Shown here: positions 26,171 to 36,466 of the stretch, piece after piece
Position numbering within the stretch: the stretch's first letter is position 1
Layout of the letters: each line of letters starts with the position of its first letter
NCBI GenBank assembly: GCA_036382945.1
Contig: DASVPH010000030.1
Location: 7,387 to 71,386, forward strand
DNA from: Casimicrobiaceae bacterium
GTDB taxonomy: Bacteria > Pseudomonadota > Gammaproteobacteria > Burkholderiales > Casimicrobiaceae
DNA length: 64,000 nucleotides
Direction of reading: 5' to 3'
Notes under the pieces: generated by a model
Database searches by the model: none
Told to the model about the DNA's origin: nothing
What the model saw: the letters and a program-made list of their open reading frames with translations, nothing else
Program-made: the position numbers and the translations under genes

Positions 26171-28531
26171 CTATATCGTCAGCTTGCGCAGCATCTCCGG
26201 GTTCTTGATCACCGCCTTCTGCCGGCCGACCGGAGCGCCGTACAAGCCGGCGGGCGGATTGGTTTCGAGCCGGTTCAGCACCGAAGCCTGGGTGCAGCGC
26301 GAGTCAAACGTGACCGACACCCGGTCTGCGTTGACGCCACCGAGGCCGAAACAGGTCTGGCCGAGCTTCGCGTTGAGCGGCTTGAGCACGCCGTTCGCGA
26401 CGATGTCGCCCGGATCGCCGGTCGCCGCAGCCTGCAGCTCGTAGAGGCGCGGTTTGGCCGGGGGGCGCGCGATGGCCGCGATCAGCTCGGGCAGGCCGAG
26501 GAGCTCGCGCGCGAGCAGCTCCTCCGCGGCCGCGTCGGGCATGCCGGTGACAAGCAGCCTGATCGGCCGGCTCGTGACACTCGCGTGCTGCACGAAGAAC
26601 TCGCGCGAGAACTCGTCGGCGATCTTCGCGCCGACCGCCCGCAGCGCCTCTTCCTCGCTGGCCCAGCTCCCGACGCCTTTGGGCAGCGCCGTGTTGTAGT
26701 AGATCTCCTCGCCCGTCTCGCGATCCACGCCCTTCACCGTCCACGAGGTGAGCGCGTATTTCGTCACCGTGAGACCGGAGGCTTGCAGGCGCCTGGAAAG
26801 CCTCTTGATCTGTGCTTCGCCGAGCACCGCCACGTCGGCGCTCTTGCCGCTGTCGCCGGCGCCCTGCACCCACGTGCGAAAGCCGAACGCCTTGATGCGC
26901 TCCTTCAAGATGTTCTCGGCGACCGGGGAAGGCTGCGGCGGAGCATCCGGCCGATCGGCGTCGCGCACCGTGATCTGCACCGACACCTTCGGATCGCCGC
27001 TGGCGCGAATAAGCTCGACGCGCTCGTCGCGCGACATCTGGTTGAGCGACTTCTGGACGGCCTTGACGTTGACCAGCGCTTCGGTCGTGATCGACATCAG
27101 CCCGTCCTTGCCCAGGCGCGGCTCGCTCTCGCGCACCACGGCGGTGATGTAGTTGCTGCTGTTCGCGAGAAGGCGCTCCTTGAGCAGGTCGTAGTTCTTG
27201 GCGAACGAGCTCGCGTCGAGCAGGAGAGCCACCGCCTTGGCGACGACCTGGCTCTTGGAGTCCAGCCGCAAATCGCTCTGCAGCAGCGCCTGGTCGCCCT
27301 GGTAACGCGGATCGCTCGGATCGATCAGGCCCACCGCGGCGATCCGCAGCGTTCCAGGCTCGGATTCGGGTGTCGCCGCCGTCGCGCCCGGCGCGGGCGG
27401 GGTTGCGGACGGCGAGGCGGGCGCTGCGCGGCTCGCCATGGACATGGGCATCGCCGGTGGCTGCGCCGATTTGGCGCTATCGGTCGCTTGGCGCGGAAAG
27501 ATGAACCATGCTACGGCACCCACGACGACGGCTGCCGCCACGGCGACGATCGGGACTGCGGCGCTGCGCGCCGTCTTGGGCGGCGGTGCGGCCGCGGTCG
27601 ACGTCTGCGCCGAGAGATTGACGGCGGCCGCCGTGTTGGCCAGGGTCGCCTCTGCGGCGGCAACGAGCGTCGGGTCGGAATGCCCGGCAGACGTCGCCGA
27701 GGCGATGCGCGAGGCCGTTGCCGCCGCGCGCATCGCCTCGGCAAACTCCTGCGCGCTCTGGAAGCGCTCCTCAGCGCGCTTGGCCATCGCTTTGTTCACC
27801 ACCGCGTCCATCGCCGGCGGGAGCTGAACGTTGAGCGTGGAGGGCGGCAGCGGCTCTTCCTTGAGCACTTTCTGCATGGTCGTCGCCGCCGATCCGGCGA
27901 AGGGTTTCTCCCCGGTCAGGAACTGGTAGAGCACCACACCTGCCGAGAACAGGTCCGAGCGTGCGTCCACCGGCAGGCCCATGATCTGCTCGGGCGACAT
28001 GTAGCTCGGCGTGCCCATCACCGTGCCGACCTGCGTCAGGTTCGACGATTCGATGTGCGCGATCCCGAAATCGGCGACCTTCACCGAGCCATCGGGAAGC
28101 AGGAAGATGTTCGCGGGCTTGACATCGCGGTGGATCACGCCCTGGCGATGCGAGTAGTCGAGCGCGCTGAGGATCTGCGTCATGATCCGCACGATCTCGG
28201 CGATCCCGAAGCGCTCGTTCGCGTCGAAGCAGCGCTTGAGCTCGCGACCCTGGACGAACTCCATGGCGATGAACCAGGCGCCGTCTTCCTCGCCGAAGTC
28301 GTAGATCGATACGATGTTGGGGTGATTGAGCCGGCCCGCCGCCTGGGCTTCGCGGCGGAAGCGGGCGATCACCGCGGCCGCGTCTTCGCCGGCGAGCTGG
28401 TCCGAACGGATCGTTTTGAGCGCGACGATGCGCTTGATCATGGGATCGTAGCCCTCGTAGACCACGCCCATCGCGCCACGTCCGAGCTCGCGTCGGATCT
28501 CGTATTTGCCGATGCTCTCCTGCTCTGCCAT
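26171..28531 (-). CDS. Hanks-type Ser/Thr protein kinase with TM helix and large periplasmic domain
   Basis: GRGAMGVVY, VALK, HRDVKPAN, DFG and GTPSYMSPE. TM helix at about aa 324-345 (AVPIVAVAAAVVVGAVAWFIF), then ~440 aa extracytoplasmic. Confidence 0.9.
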   Translation of the reverse strand: MAEQESIGKYEIRRELGRGAMGVVYEGYDPMIKRIVALKTIRSDQLAGEDAAAVIARFRREAQAAGRLNHPNIVSIYDFGEEDGAWFIAMEFVQGRELKRCFDANERFGIAEIVRIMTQILSALDYSHRQGVIHRDVKPANIFLLPDGSVKVADFGIAHIESSNLTQVGTVMGTPSYMSPEQIMGLPVDARSDLFSAGVVLYQFLTGEKPFAGSAATTMQKVLKEEPLPPSTLNVQLPPAMDAVVNKAMAKRAEERFQSAQEFAEAMRAAATASRIASATSAGHSDPTLVAAAEATLANTAAAVNLSAQTSTAAAPPPKTARSAAVPIVAVAAAVVVGAVAWFIFPRQATDSAKSAQPPAMPMSMASRAAPASPSATPPAPGATAATPESEPGTLRIAAVGLIDPSDPRYQGDQALLQSDLRLDSKSQVVAKAVALLLDASSFAKNYDLLKERLLANSSNYITAVVRESEPRLGKDGLMSITTEALVNVKAVQKSLNQMSRDERVELIRASGDPKVSVQITVRDADRPDAPPQPSPVAENILKERIKAFGFRTWVQGAGDSGKSADVAVLGEAQIKRLSRRLQASGLTVTKYALTSWTVKGVDRETGEEIYYNTALPKGVGSWASEEEALRAVGAKIADEFSREFFVQHASVTSRPIRLLVTGMPDAAAEELLARELLGLPELIAAIARPPAKPRLYELQAAATGDPGDIVANGVLKPLNAKLGQTCFGLGGVNADRVSVTFDSRCTQASVLNRLETNPPAGLYGAPVGRQKAVIKNPEMLRKLTI

Positions 28532-28600
28532 CGCCCGCTCCCAAGCCCGAAAACGGCGACGCCGGCGGCGCCGGCGTCGCGAACCCGCACCCTCAACCGA

Positions 28601-29437
28601 TCACTTGTACTTGTTGTCGATATCCCACACCGATTTCTGCACGAGGCGCTGCACCATGGTGTCGAGCGACACGCCGCCCTGCTGCGACTGGGAAACGCCG
28701 AGCGCCCCCGACGAGGTCGCGCCGATCTCCATCTTTTCCTCGGTGTAACCGGTGGCGACCTGCTCGGTGGTCTCGGCGTTGATGATCTTGTAGCGCATGC
28801 CGATGACCCAGACGCTGGTCGCCTCGTTCGAACGCACCGAGCCCACCGCGGTGCCGCCCAGCGCACCGGCTTCGGCTCCGCCGCGCGAGCCACTGAACGC
28901 GCCCAGGATCCCCACCATCTGCCCGAGCGTGCGGCCGTCGAACCCCTGTTGAGCCGCAGCGACCTGTTCGGTCTTGAGGATGTCGAATTTCACGACGTAC
29001 TTGGTGGTTTTGAGCTTGCCCATGCGCAACATCTTGCGCGCTGAGTCCTGGTCGCCCAAGTTGTAGGCGAGCTCGAATTCCTTGAGCAGCGGGCCCAGGT
29101 TCGAACGCTCCAGCACCGTGAAGTTGGCGCTGGACAGCTCGACCTCGCCGAAGTCCGCGATGTTGTTGGCCGTGAACTTCTGCAGGAACGTCGCATTGTT
29201 GCTCTTGATCTCGCCGGGGATCACGATCACCGCCGGTCCTTTCTTGCCGGCGTTGGTGTACGTGACCGGCTGATAGATCGTCTGGTCGGCCGCGGCGTTC
29301 GCCTTCTGCGAGGTCTCTTTGCCGGCGGTCGGCGACGGGTTGCCCCACGTCGGCTGGGCGGAGGCGAGCGAGGCCGCCGCGAAGAGCGCCGCCCCGAGCA
29401 GGTACTTGGAGATGTCGACTGACGCGCGATGTTTCAT
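28601..29437 (-). CDS. CsgG/HfaB-like secreted protein (no lipobox)
   Basis: 278 aa with signal peptide ...AAASLASA|QP. VLERSNLGPLLKE and WVIGMRYKIINAETTEQV follow the CsgG-like pattern. Confidence 0.7.
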   Translation of the reverse strand: MKHRASVDISKYLLGAALFAAASLASAQPTWGNPSPTAGKETSQKANAAADQTIYQPVTYTNAGKKGPAVIVIPGEIKSNNATFLQKFTANNIADFGEVELSSANFTVLERSNLGPLLKEFELAYNLGDQDSARKMLRMGKLKTTKYVVKFDILKTEQVAAAQQGFDGRTLGQMVGILGAFSGSRGGAEAGALGGTAVGSVRSNEATSVWVIGMRYKIINAETTEQVATGYTEEKMEIGATSSGALGVSQSQQGGVSLDTMVQRLVQKSVWDIDNKYK

Positions 29438-29486
29438 GGCGATTGCTCCCTGTAGAGATCGGACCCCTTGCCAGATCCGAAGCGTT

Positions 29487-30173
29487 TTACTTCGCCGCCG
29501 GCTTGCGGGCAGAAGCCGGTCCGGCCCTGCGACAATAATCCGCGTAGAGTGCGGGTACCACCTCGTCCGCGTTCTCGTTGACCAGCGTCAGCGCCATGCG
29601 CTCGACGTTCGCTCCCGCATACGAGCTCGAGCTCGTTTCGGTGTCGGAAATGAGCCGACCGTCGCTGCCGTAGAGCGTGAACTTCATGTTCACCGACACC
29701 TGGTTGACCGCCATCATGGGATTGCGGGCGGCCTGCGACGAGATCAGCCCGCGCAGCACGAAGCTCGCCCCGAGGCGCTTCGAAGCGCTGAGCATGGCGT
29801 CCGGGTCGTTCCTGAAGTAGGCGTCGATCTCGGCTTGCGCGATCTGCCGGCGGATTTCCTCGGGCGTATAGGTGCGAAGCCCGAGCGCGCGCAGCCGCGC
29901 GTTGATCGACTGGAAGTGCGGGCCGTAGTTCTGCTGCTGCGCTGCAATATAGCCGTTCGACTGCCGCTCGCCGATCACCAGCATGATCTTCTTGCCCTTG
30001 AGCTCGGCGCGGCACGGCGTTGAGAGCTGTTCGGCGATGCGATCCTGGCGCGCCTCCTGCTCGAGCCGGTCGGACTCGTCGGGTTGCGAGAACTTGAAGC
30101 CTTGAGCGAGCGCCGGTCCCGACGCAAGCATGGCGAGCGCAACGAGCGTCGGCAGGACAGGTCCTATTCGCAT
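29487..30173 (-). CDS. secreted hypothetical protein (228 aa)
   Basis: Start at MRIGPVLPTLVALAMLASGPALAQG (signal peptide). Same strand, 49 nt upstream of the CsgG-like gene. Confidence 0.6.
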   Translation of the reverse strand: MRIGPVLPTLVALAMLASGPALAQGFKFSQPDESDRLEQEARQDRIAEQLSTPCRAELKGKKIMLVIGERQSNGYIAAQQQNYGPHFQSINARLRALGLRTYTPEEIRRQIAQAEIDAYFRNDPDAMLSASKRLGASFVLRGLISSQAARNPMMAVNQVSVNMKFTLYGSDGRLISDTETSSSSYAGANVERMALTLVNENADEVVPALYADYCRRAGPASARKPAAK

Positions 30174-30351
30174 CGGTTTGGGTCGTAGCGCCGGTCGGGC
30201 GGGGGCCATCAAAAGCTTTCGCAGGTTAGCCCAACGCCAACCGGAAATCCATAGGACTATTCGACAACGCGGTAGACGCGCAGCAAGCCCCGCGCCCCAA
30301 GCCTCGCCGAGCGCTCGGAGCGGGTCCCTCTGTACAACGTGTAGCGCTCGA

Positions 30352-31242
30352 TCAGGCCTTGAGATTGGCCTTCAGGAAGTCGAGGGTGCGCGACCATGCG
30401 AGCTTGGCCGCGGCCTCGTCGTAGCGGGGCGTCGTGTCGTTGTGGAAGCCGTGATAGGTTCCCGGGTACATGTACATCTGATATTTCACGCCGTTCGCCT
30501 TGAGCGCGGTCTCGTAGGCCGGCCAGCCCGCATTGATGCGCTCGTCGAGCCCGGCGTAGTGCAGCAGCAGCGGCGCTTTGATCTTGGCGGCATCCGCGGC
30601 GGCCGGCTGCGGGCCATAGAACGGCACCGCCGCGGCGAGCTCCGGTATCCGCACCGCCATCGTGTTCACGATGCCGCCGCCGAAACAGAAACCGACCGCG
30701 CCGACCTTGCCGTTACTTTCCGGACGCGACTTGAGATACGGGACCGCGGCCAGGAGGTCTTCGGTGCGCTTCACCGGGTCGAGCTGGTTGAAGAGCTGCG
30801 CCGCCTTCTCCTCGTCGCCGGGATAGCCGCCGAGCGGCGTGAGCGCGTCCGGGGCGAATGCGAGGTAACCCTCCACCGCCAACCGGCGCGCGACATCCTC
30901 GATGTACGGGGTGAGGCCGCGATTCTCGTGGACGACCACCACCCCGGGCAGCTTGCCGCTCGCATTCGCCGGGCGGGCGAAATAGCCGCGCATCGTTCCC
31001 GACCCCTTCGGCGAGGCATAGGTCAGGTACTCGGTCTTGATTCGGGGGTCGTTCTTGGCGACCTGCTGCGCCCACGCGTAGTTCGGCCGGAGACTCTCGA
31101 GCATGGCGGCCGCTGTGAACCCGCCCACGGCGTATTTGGCGGCACGGTCGAGGAATTCCCGGCGGCTGATCATGCCGTGGATGTACCCGTCGAACAGCTT
31201 GAGAACTTCCGGAGGAAAATCGCTGGCTTTTTTTCTTTCCAT
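30352..31242 (-). CDS. dienelactone hydrolase family protein (Tat-type signal)
   Basis: SRREFL twin-arginine motif, VVVVHENRGL, and GFCFGG nucleophile region. Confidence 0.85.
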   Translation of the reverse strand: MERKKASDFPPEVLKLFDGYIHGMISRREFLDRAAKYAVGGFTAAAMLESLRPNYAWAQQVAKNDPRIKTEYLTYASPKGSGTMRGYFARPANASGKLPGVVVVHENRGLTPYIEDVARRLAVEGYLAFAPDALTPLGGYPGDEEKAAQLFNQLDPVKRTEDLLAAVPYLKSRPESNGKVGAVGFCFGGGIVNTMAVRIPELAAAVPFYGPQPAAADAAKIKAPLLLHYAGLDERINAGWPAYETALKANGVKYQMYMYPGTYHGFHNDTTPRYDEAAAKLAWSRTLDFLKANLKA

Positions 31243-31718
31243 CGGGTGGCTCCTTCGGTTGGAGAGATGCGCCCGCTGCGATGCTACGACCGCGGCCCGA
31301 GCCGGCCGGTTGCACCGTGGCCTTTTCGGGGCCGCGAGGCGACGGTTGCCGGCTCAATGTGACGATCGGCGGCACTTGGCGCGCACTGTGCAGAACAGTC
31401 TGTTCGGGTGCTTTGCTCCGCCCTTTGCTCTCTCGAAAACGGGGTGCCGGTGCAAGGCGGTGGTCTCGGTGGCATGGTAGTTGCGTGGCCCGACAGGCCG
31501 GTCCCACCTTGGACCGCCTGTCCTCCGATACCGGACGCTCGATCATAGGTACCGCCCCACGCAGACGGGCACTCTGCCGCTGGCCCTGCGAACGGGCACC
31601 TCCCACGGCCGCCCGCCGACGCTCCGTTCAAGCGGCTATGCCACGGAGCTCGAGGGTGGCGCGAAGCGCATGCGCTCAGGCGGCTTCGGCCTTGAGCGTC
31701 CTCCAGGTTCGCCGCGGG

Positions 31719-33161
31719 TCAGGCCTTCCCGGTCCGCAGGTCGTATTCGCGTCCGCCCCAATGCGTGGGCTTGCGCGCGTGCAGGTCGTGCGCGGCTTCG
31801 CTCAGCAAATTGGCGGTGAGCCACGCGCCGACGATGTGCAACGGCGCTGTCCAGCGCGGTGCGTGTGCCAAGGCGCAGATGCGCACCAGCGCACCCAGCC
31901 ACAACAGCAGCGCGACCGGCCACAGCCCGAGCGTCCACCCCAACTGCGGGTCGCGCGCGGCGAAGAGCGCCGCGAGCGGCGCGGCGCCCAGCATCCACGC
32001 CGGCAGGATGGTGCCGAGCCAGCGTATCCAGCGCGCCGCGTGCACGAGACGCCGCGGCTTGCGATTGGCCGCCTCGATGTAGATGCGCTTCCAGCCGCGC
32101 CGGAACTCGGCCCAGCTCGCGTACATTCGGCAATGGAACAGACCCGCGGCGAGAAAGACGCCAGCCTTGCGGCCCTGTTCCTCGATGCGCCGCGCCAGCG
32201 CCAGGTCTTCGAGCAGCGCCTGCTTCACCGCCGCATGACCGCCGAGCGCTTCGTAGGCGCTGCGCGTGAACAGCATGAACTGGCCGTTGGCGAACGCGCG
32301 CCGGTCGGTGAGCGCGTTGGCGCGCGTCAGGGGATATTGCCGGAGGAGCTCGAATACCGCGGCGGTCTGCACCACGCGCTCGAACCACGCGTCGTGCGAC
32401 AACGTGGAGAGCAGGCTCAACAGATCGAGCTTGCGGTGGCGCATCATCGCCACCGACGCGCCGACGCAGCCGGGGCTGAACACCGTATCGGCGTCGGCGA
32501 ACAACAGATAGTCGGCTTGGGCCGCGCCGCGCGAGCGCGCGACACCGGCATGGACCGCGTGAACCTTGCCGGCCCAGTGGGCGGGGCACGCATCGATTTC
32601 GACGATCTCGAAGCGCTCGTCGCCGCCGATCTCGGCGCGGGCGAGAGCGGCGGTGTCGTCCGAGCAGCGGTCGAGCGCCAACACGATACGCAACTGCGGG
32701 TAGGTTTCGCTGCGCAACGAGCGCACCAGGGTGCCGATCACGCGGGCTTCGTTGTACGCCGGCACGACCACGCAGACGCGACCGGTGGGGGGATCGGCCG
32801 AGGCGAGGTCGCGGCCCAGGCGCAGCGTGGGAACGACCCGCATCCAATGCTCGATGCGGATCCAGACCGAGCCCCAGAGCAGGATGGTGCCGATCGGACC
32901 GACGCAGAGCGCCGAACCGGCGATGACCCATAACCAGTACGGAATCGACAAGGAGCGGACTCCGATCGGCGCCCCGGCAAACAAGACGCGAAACAAAGTG
33001 TACACGAGACGCCTGTCCGCCGCAGTGAGCCGCAGCTCTGGTGCGCGAAACGCTTCCCGCCGGGGGGCATCGGTGCGCAGCGCTACTGCGGTGTGCTTGA
33101 GAGGGACGTGATTGACCGCGAGACGACCGCGACCTAAAGTCTCTCGATTTGCACCCATCTC
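31719..33161 (-). CDS. family 2 glycosyltransferase, membrane-bound
   Basis: VVVPAYNE, DDT, FADADT (DxD) and QFMLF within a GT2 core flanked by TM segments. Start is uncertain (ATG 33161 or a downstream GTG). Confidence 0.75.
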   Translation of the reverse strand, partial: EMGANRETLGRGRLAVNHVPLKHTAVALRTDAPRREAFRAPELRLTAADRRLVYTLFRVLFAGAPIGVRSLSIPYWLWVIAGSALCVGPIGTILLWGSVWIRIEHWMRVVPTLRLGRDLASADPPTGRVCVVVPAYNEARVIGTLVRSLRSETYPQLRIVLALDRCSDDTAALARAEIGGDERFEIVEIDACPAHWAGKVHAVHAGVARSRGAAQADYLLFADADTVFSPGCVGASVAMMRHRKLDLLSLLSTLSHDAWFERVVQTAAVFELLRQYPLTRANALTDRRAFANGQFMLFTRSAYEALGGHAAVKQALLEDLALARRIEEQGRKAGVFLAAGLFHCRMYASWAEFRRGWKRIYIEAANRKPRRLVHAARWIRWLGTILPAWMLGAAPLAALFAARDPQLGWTLGLWPVALLLWLGALVRICALAHAPRWTAPLHIVGAWLTANLLSEAAHDLHARKPTHWGGREYDLRTGKA

Positions 33162-33202
33162 GGGCGCCGCCGTCGCCAGCGTCGCCATCCAGGAGGCCCT
33201 GC

Positions 33203-35011
33203 ATGACATCCACACCGCTGCCGCGCCGAGAATCCGCTCAGCGCTGGGCCTGGCTTCCGCGCATCGGCTCATGGCAGTACTACGCGCTGCTCGCCGCCAT
33301 CGGCATTCTGGTCCTGGGGCCGCTGGGCGGGCTTGCCGCGTCGTACATGAACTTTTCGCTCGGCTTCTTCGTAGGCGGCCAGGTGCTCGCCGGGATTCTC
33401 GGCTCGACGGTGACGTTCGGCTACGGCGCGCAGGGAAGGCACGGCGCGAACTTCATCCAGACCACCGCCGCGTCGGTGGCCGGAATGAGCGGCTTGGCGG
33501 TCGTGATCCAGGCCATGGTCTGGCTGGGCCTGCCGCAACCGCCGCTATGGCAACTCGTCTTGTACCTGCTGTGCATCGGCATGTTCGGGGTCGGCGTGGG
33601 GATGCTCTACACGCCGATCCTGGTGGACCGGATGCAGCTCAAGTTTCCTTCGGGACTCGCGGTGGCCAACATCCTGCGCGCGCTGACCGACCTGGACCTG
33701 CTGCGCAAGTCGGTATCGCGACTGTTCGGCGGGATGGCGCTCGGGATCGCGGGGGGCATCGGCGCGGCCAAGATCGCGGCCCTCGGCGCGATCGAGCTGT
33801 CGACGTCCACCTTCGGCGCCGGGATGATCGTCGGCGCGCGCATCGGCGTGCCGGCGATCGTCGGAGGCTTGGTGGGCTGGGCCCTGATCCCGTACTTCAT
33901 CTCGATCGGTTGGCTTAAGGAAGGCGAGCCGTTCCGCAAGATCACCTTCCTGATCGCGCTGGGCATGATCATGGGCGCGGCGCTGATCGACGTTTCGCTG
34001 ATTCTGTTCCGCGCCTACCAGCGCGTGCGGCAGCACGCCGCCAAGCCGGTCGAGCAGGAGGACTGGAAGCGCACCAATATTCGGCGGCTGGTCGCGTGGG
34101 TCGTGTTCTGGGGGATCGCGGTCGTGCTGACGGGCTCGCAGGTGCTGCATCAGCCGGTGGGCTATCTCGCACTCGCGGTCTCGCTGGTGTTCGTATTCGC
34201 CATAGTGAACGGCATCTCCCTCGGCATCACCGACAGCAACCCCATCTCCTCCGCGTTCGTCGTGACCGTGATCCTCATGGCCGCGCTCGGGCTCAAGGAT
34301 CCGACCGTCGGCCTGCTGGCGGCGACCGTGCTGCTCGTCTCCACGAGCGAAGCGTGCGACATGCAGCAGGACCGCTCGACCGGCTGGCGTCTCGGCACCA
34401 ACCGTACGATCCAGTTCCGCTTCCAGGTCGCCGGCATCATCATGGGAGCGATCATGGCAGTGGTCTTCGCCGAGCTCTTCATGAGCGCCTACCCGGTGCT
34501 GCAGCTCGACCAGACCGTGCTTCCGGCGGACAAGCAGCCTGAGCGCTGGGCTTCCGCCATGACCTACAAGTTCGTCGGCGTGCTGCGCAGCTTGACCGAC
34601 GACAAGCCGTATCAGCGCACCGCCATCTGGATCGGGGTGGGCATCGGCTTCGCGACCGAGATCCTGCGCAAGATCATCAAGTCGCACCAGAAGTACAAGC
34701 GATTCGTGGCGTCCGGTCGGGTGGGATTCTCCACCGATTTCGTGCTCGACGCCGTGGTCCTGCCCTCGCCCTATGCTTCCTCGTTCGGCGGCTTCCTCAA
34801 TCTCGCCACCTCGAGCTGGTTTGCCGCCGGCGGCGTGCTCTCCAGCCTGATGAACAGCCTGCCGAAGCACAAGGACAAGGACAAGGCGGGGTCCGCGCTT
34901 CCCGAAGACATGAGCACGGCTTCGCTCGTCGGCGGCGGCCTCATCGCGGGCGATGCGCTCGCCGCGCTGGGCCTTGGGCTCGCGGGGCTGCTTTCGACCG
35001 TGCTCGGTTGA
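33203..35011 (+). CDS. OPT family oligopeptide transporter
   Basis: 602 aa polytopic protein with AGGAGG 6 nt upstream of ATG 33203. KFPSGLAVANIL is an OPT-type motif. Confidence 0.85.
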   Translation: MTSTPLPRRESAQRWAWLPRIGSWQYYALLAAIGILVLGPLGGLAASYMNFSLGFFVGGQVLAGILGSTVTFGYGAQGRHGANFIQTTAASVAGMSGLAVVIQAMVWLGLPQPPLWQLVLYLLCIGMFGVGVGMLYTPILVDRMQLKFPSGLAVANILRALTDLDLLRKSVSRLFGGMALGIAGGIGAAKIAALGAIELSTSTFGAGMIVGARIGVPAIVGGLVGWALIPYFISIGWLKEGEPFRKITFLIALGMIMGAALIDVSLILFRAYQRVRQHAAKPVEQEDWKRTNIRRLVAWVVFWGIAVVLTGSQVLHQPVGYLALAVSLVFVFAIVNGISLGITDSNPISSAFVVTVILMAALGLKDPTVGLLAATVLLVSTSEACDMQQDRSTGWRLGTNRTIQFRFQVAGIIMGAIMAVVFAELFMSAYPVLQLDQTVLPADKQPERWASAMTYKFVGVLRSLTDDKPYQRTAIWIGVGIGFATEILRKIIKSHQKYKRFVASGRVGFSTDFVLDAVVLPSPYASSFGGFLNLATSSWFAAGGVLSSLMNSLPKHKDKDKAGSALPEDMSTASLVGGGLIAGDALAALGLGLAGLLSTVLG

Positions 35012-35187
35012 GGCTTCGCTGGCGTCGGTCCCGGGGTTGCCCCGGAATCGAGTGCGGGGGTTCACCCCGAGCTGCAGCACGCATGCCGACCTGGCGACAG
35101 GGGTTTTGCTCCGGCACGAGCTGTGTCGCCGGGTGCGACGGGTCTCGAATCGCGGGATAATGACCGTCTTGTTCCCGGAGATTCATC

Positions 35188-36378
35188 ATGAGCGAAGCGA
35201 GACAAGTGGTCATTCTGAGCGGCGTGCGCACCGCCATCGGCGATTACGGCGGCAGCCTCAAGGACCTCGCGCCCACCGAGCTCGCCGCCCGCGTCGTGCG
35301 CGAGGCGGTCGGCCGGGCCAAGATCGATCCCAAGGAGATCGGCCAGTGCGTGTTCGGCAACGTGATCCACACCGAAGCAAGGGACATGTACCTGTCGCGC
35401 GTCGCGGCGTTGAAGGGCGGCTTGCCTCCCGAGTCGGGCGCGCTCACCCTCAATCGCCTCTGCGGCAGCGGCATGCAGGCGATCATCACCGCGTCGCAGT
35501 ACATCCTGCTCGGCGACATCGACGCCGCGGTGGCCGGCGGCGCGGAGAGCATGAGCCGCGCCGCGTATGCGAACGTCACCCAGCGCTGGGGTGCGCGCAT
35601 GGGCGACGCCAAGGACATCGACATGATGGTCGGCGCGCTCACCGATCCCTTCGACACGGTGCACATGGGCGTCACGGCCGAGAATGTCGCCGCCAAGTGC
35701 GGCATCAGCCGCGCCGACCAGGATGCGTTCGCCGTCGAGAGCCACAAGCGCGCCGCCAACGCCATTGCCAAAGGCTATTTCAAGGACCAGATCCTGCCGA
35801 TCGAGGTCAAGACCAAGAAGGGTCCGGTGCAGTTCGATACCGACGAGCACGTGCGCGCCGAGGCGTCGCTCGAGGGCATGGCGAAATTGAAGGCCGTGTT
35901 CGCGAAGGAGAACGGCACCGTGACCGCCGGCAACGCGTCGGGGATCAATGATGCCGCCGCCGCGGTGGTGCTGATGGAGAAGTCCATCGCCGCCAAGAAG
36001 GGCTTGAAGCCGATGGCGCGGCTGGTCTCGTACGGCCACGCGGGCATCGACCCGAAGATCATGGGTCTCGGGCCGGTGTCCGCGGTCAAGAGCGCGTTAT
36101 CGAGGGCCGAGCTCAGGCTCGACCAGATCGACGTCATCGAATCCAACGAGGCCTTCGCCGCACAGGCGCTGGGCGTGTCCAAGGAGCTGGGGCTCAACCC
36201 GGCCAAGGTCAACCCCAACGGCGGGGCGGTAGCGCTCGGTCACCCGATCGGCGCGACCGGTTGCATTCTGACCGTCAAGGCGATGTACGAGCTCGACCGC
36301 ACCGGCGGCCGCTACGCGCTCATCACCATGTGCATCGGCGGCGGGCAGGGGATCGCGGCGATCATCGAGCGCCTGTAA
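35188..36378 (+). CDS. acetyl-CoA C-acetyltransferase (thiolase II)
   Basis: 396 aa with NRLCGSGMQA (active Cys), NEAFA, GGAVALGHPIGATG and CIGGGQG. Confidence 0.93.
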   Translation: MSEARQVVILSGVRTAIGDYGGSLKDLAPTELAARVVREAVGRAKIDPKEIGQCVFGNVIHTEARDMYLSRVAALKGGLPPESGALTLNRLCGSGMQAIITASQYILLGDIDAAVAGGAESMSRAAYANVTQRWGARMGDAKDIDMMVGALTDPFDTVHMGVTAENVAAKCGISRADQDAFAVESHKRAANAIAKGYFKDQILPIEVKTKKGPVQFDTDEHVRAEASLEGMAKLKAVFAKENGTVTAGNASGINDAAAAVVLMEKSIAAKKGLKPMARLVSYGHAGIDPKIMGLGPVSAVKSALSRAELRLDQIDVIESNEAFAAQALGVSKELGLNPAKVNPNGGAVALGHPIGATGCILTVKAMYELDRTGGRYALITMCIGGGQGIAAIIERL

Positions 36379-36466
36379 GCACCGTCTTGGCGGCGCGGTG
36401 CCTTGGTGGTCTAGAGAGAGCGTGGAGTTTCGCTAGGCTGTCGCTCGGCGAAGCGCCACCGGCCGA

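Noticed and set aside
26585-29044. 819-aa plus-strand ORF.
   Set aside because: It is antisense to the Ser/Thr kinase and CsgG-like genes, both of which have strong motif support.
31243-31718. 475-bp gap between the glycosyltransferase and dienelactone hydrolase genes, examined for a small gene, riboswitch or sRNA.
   Set aside because: Track ORFs there (e.g. 31284-31631) are Arg/Gly/Pro-rich with no start context. I could not match a B12 box or any other riboswitch core. The gap is left unannotated.
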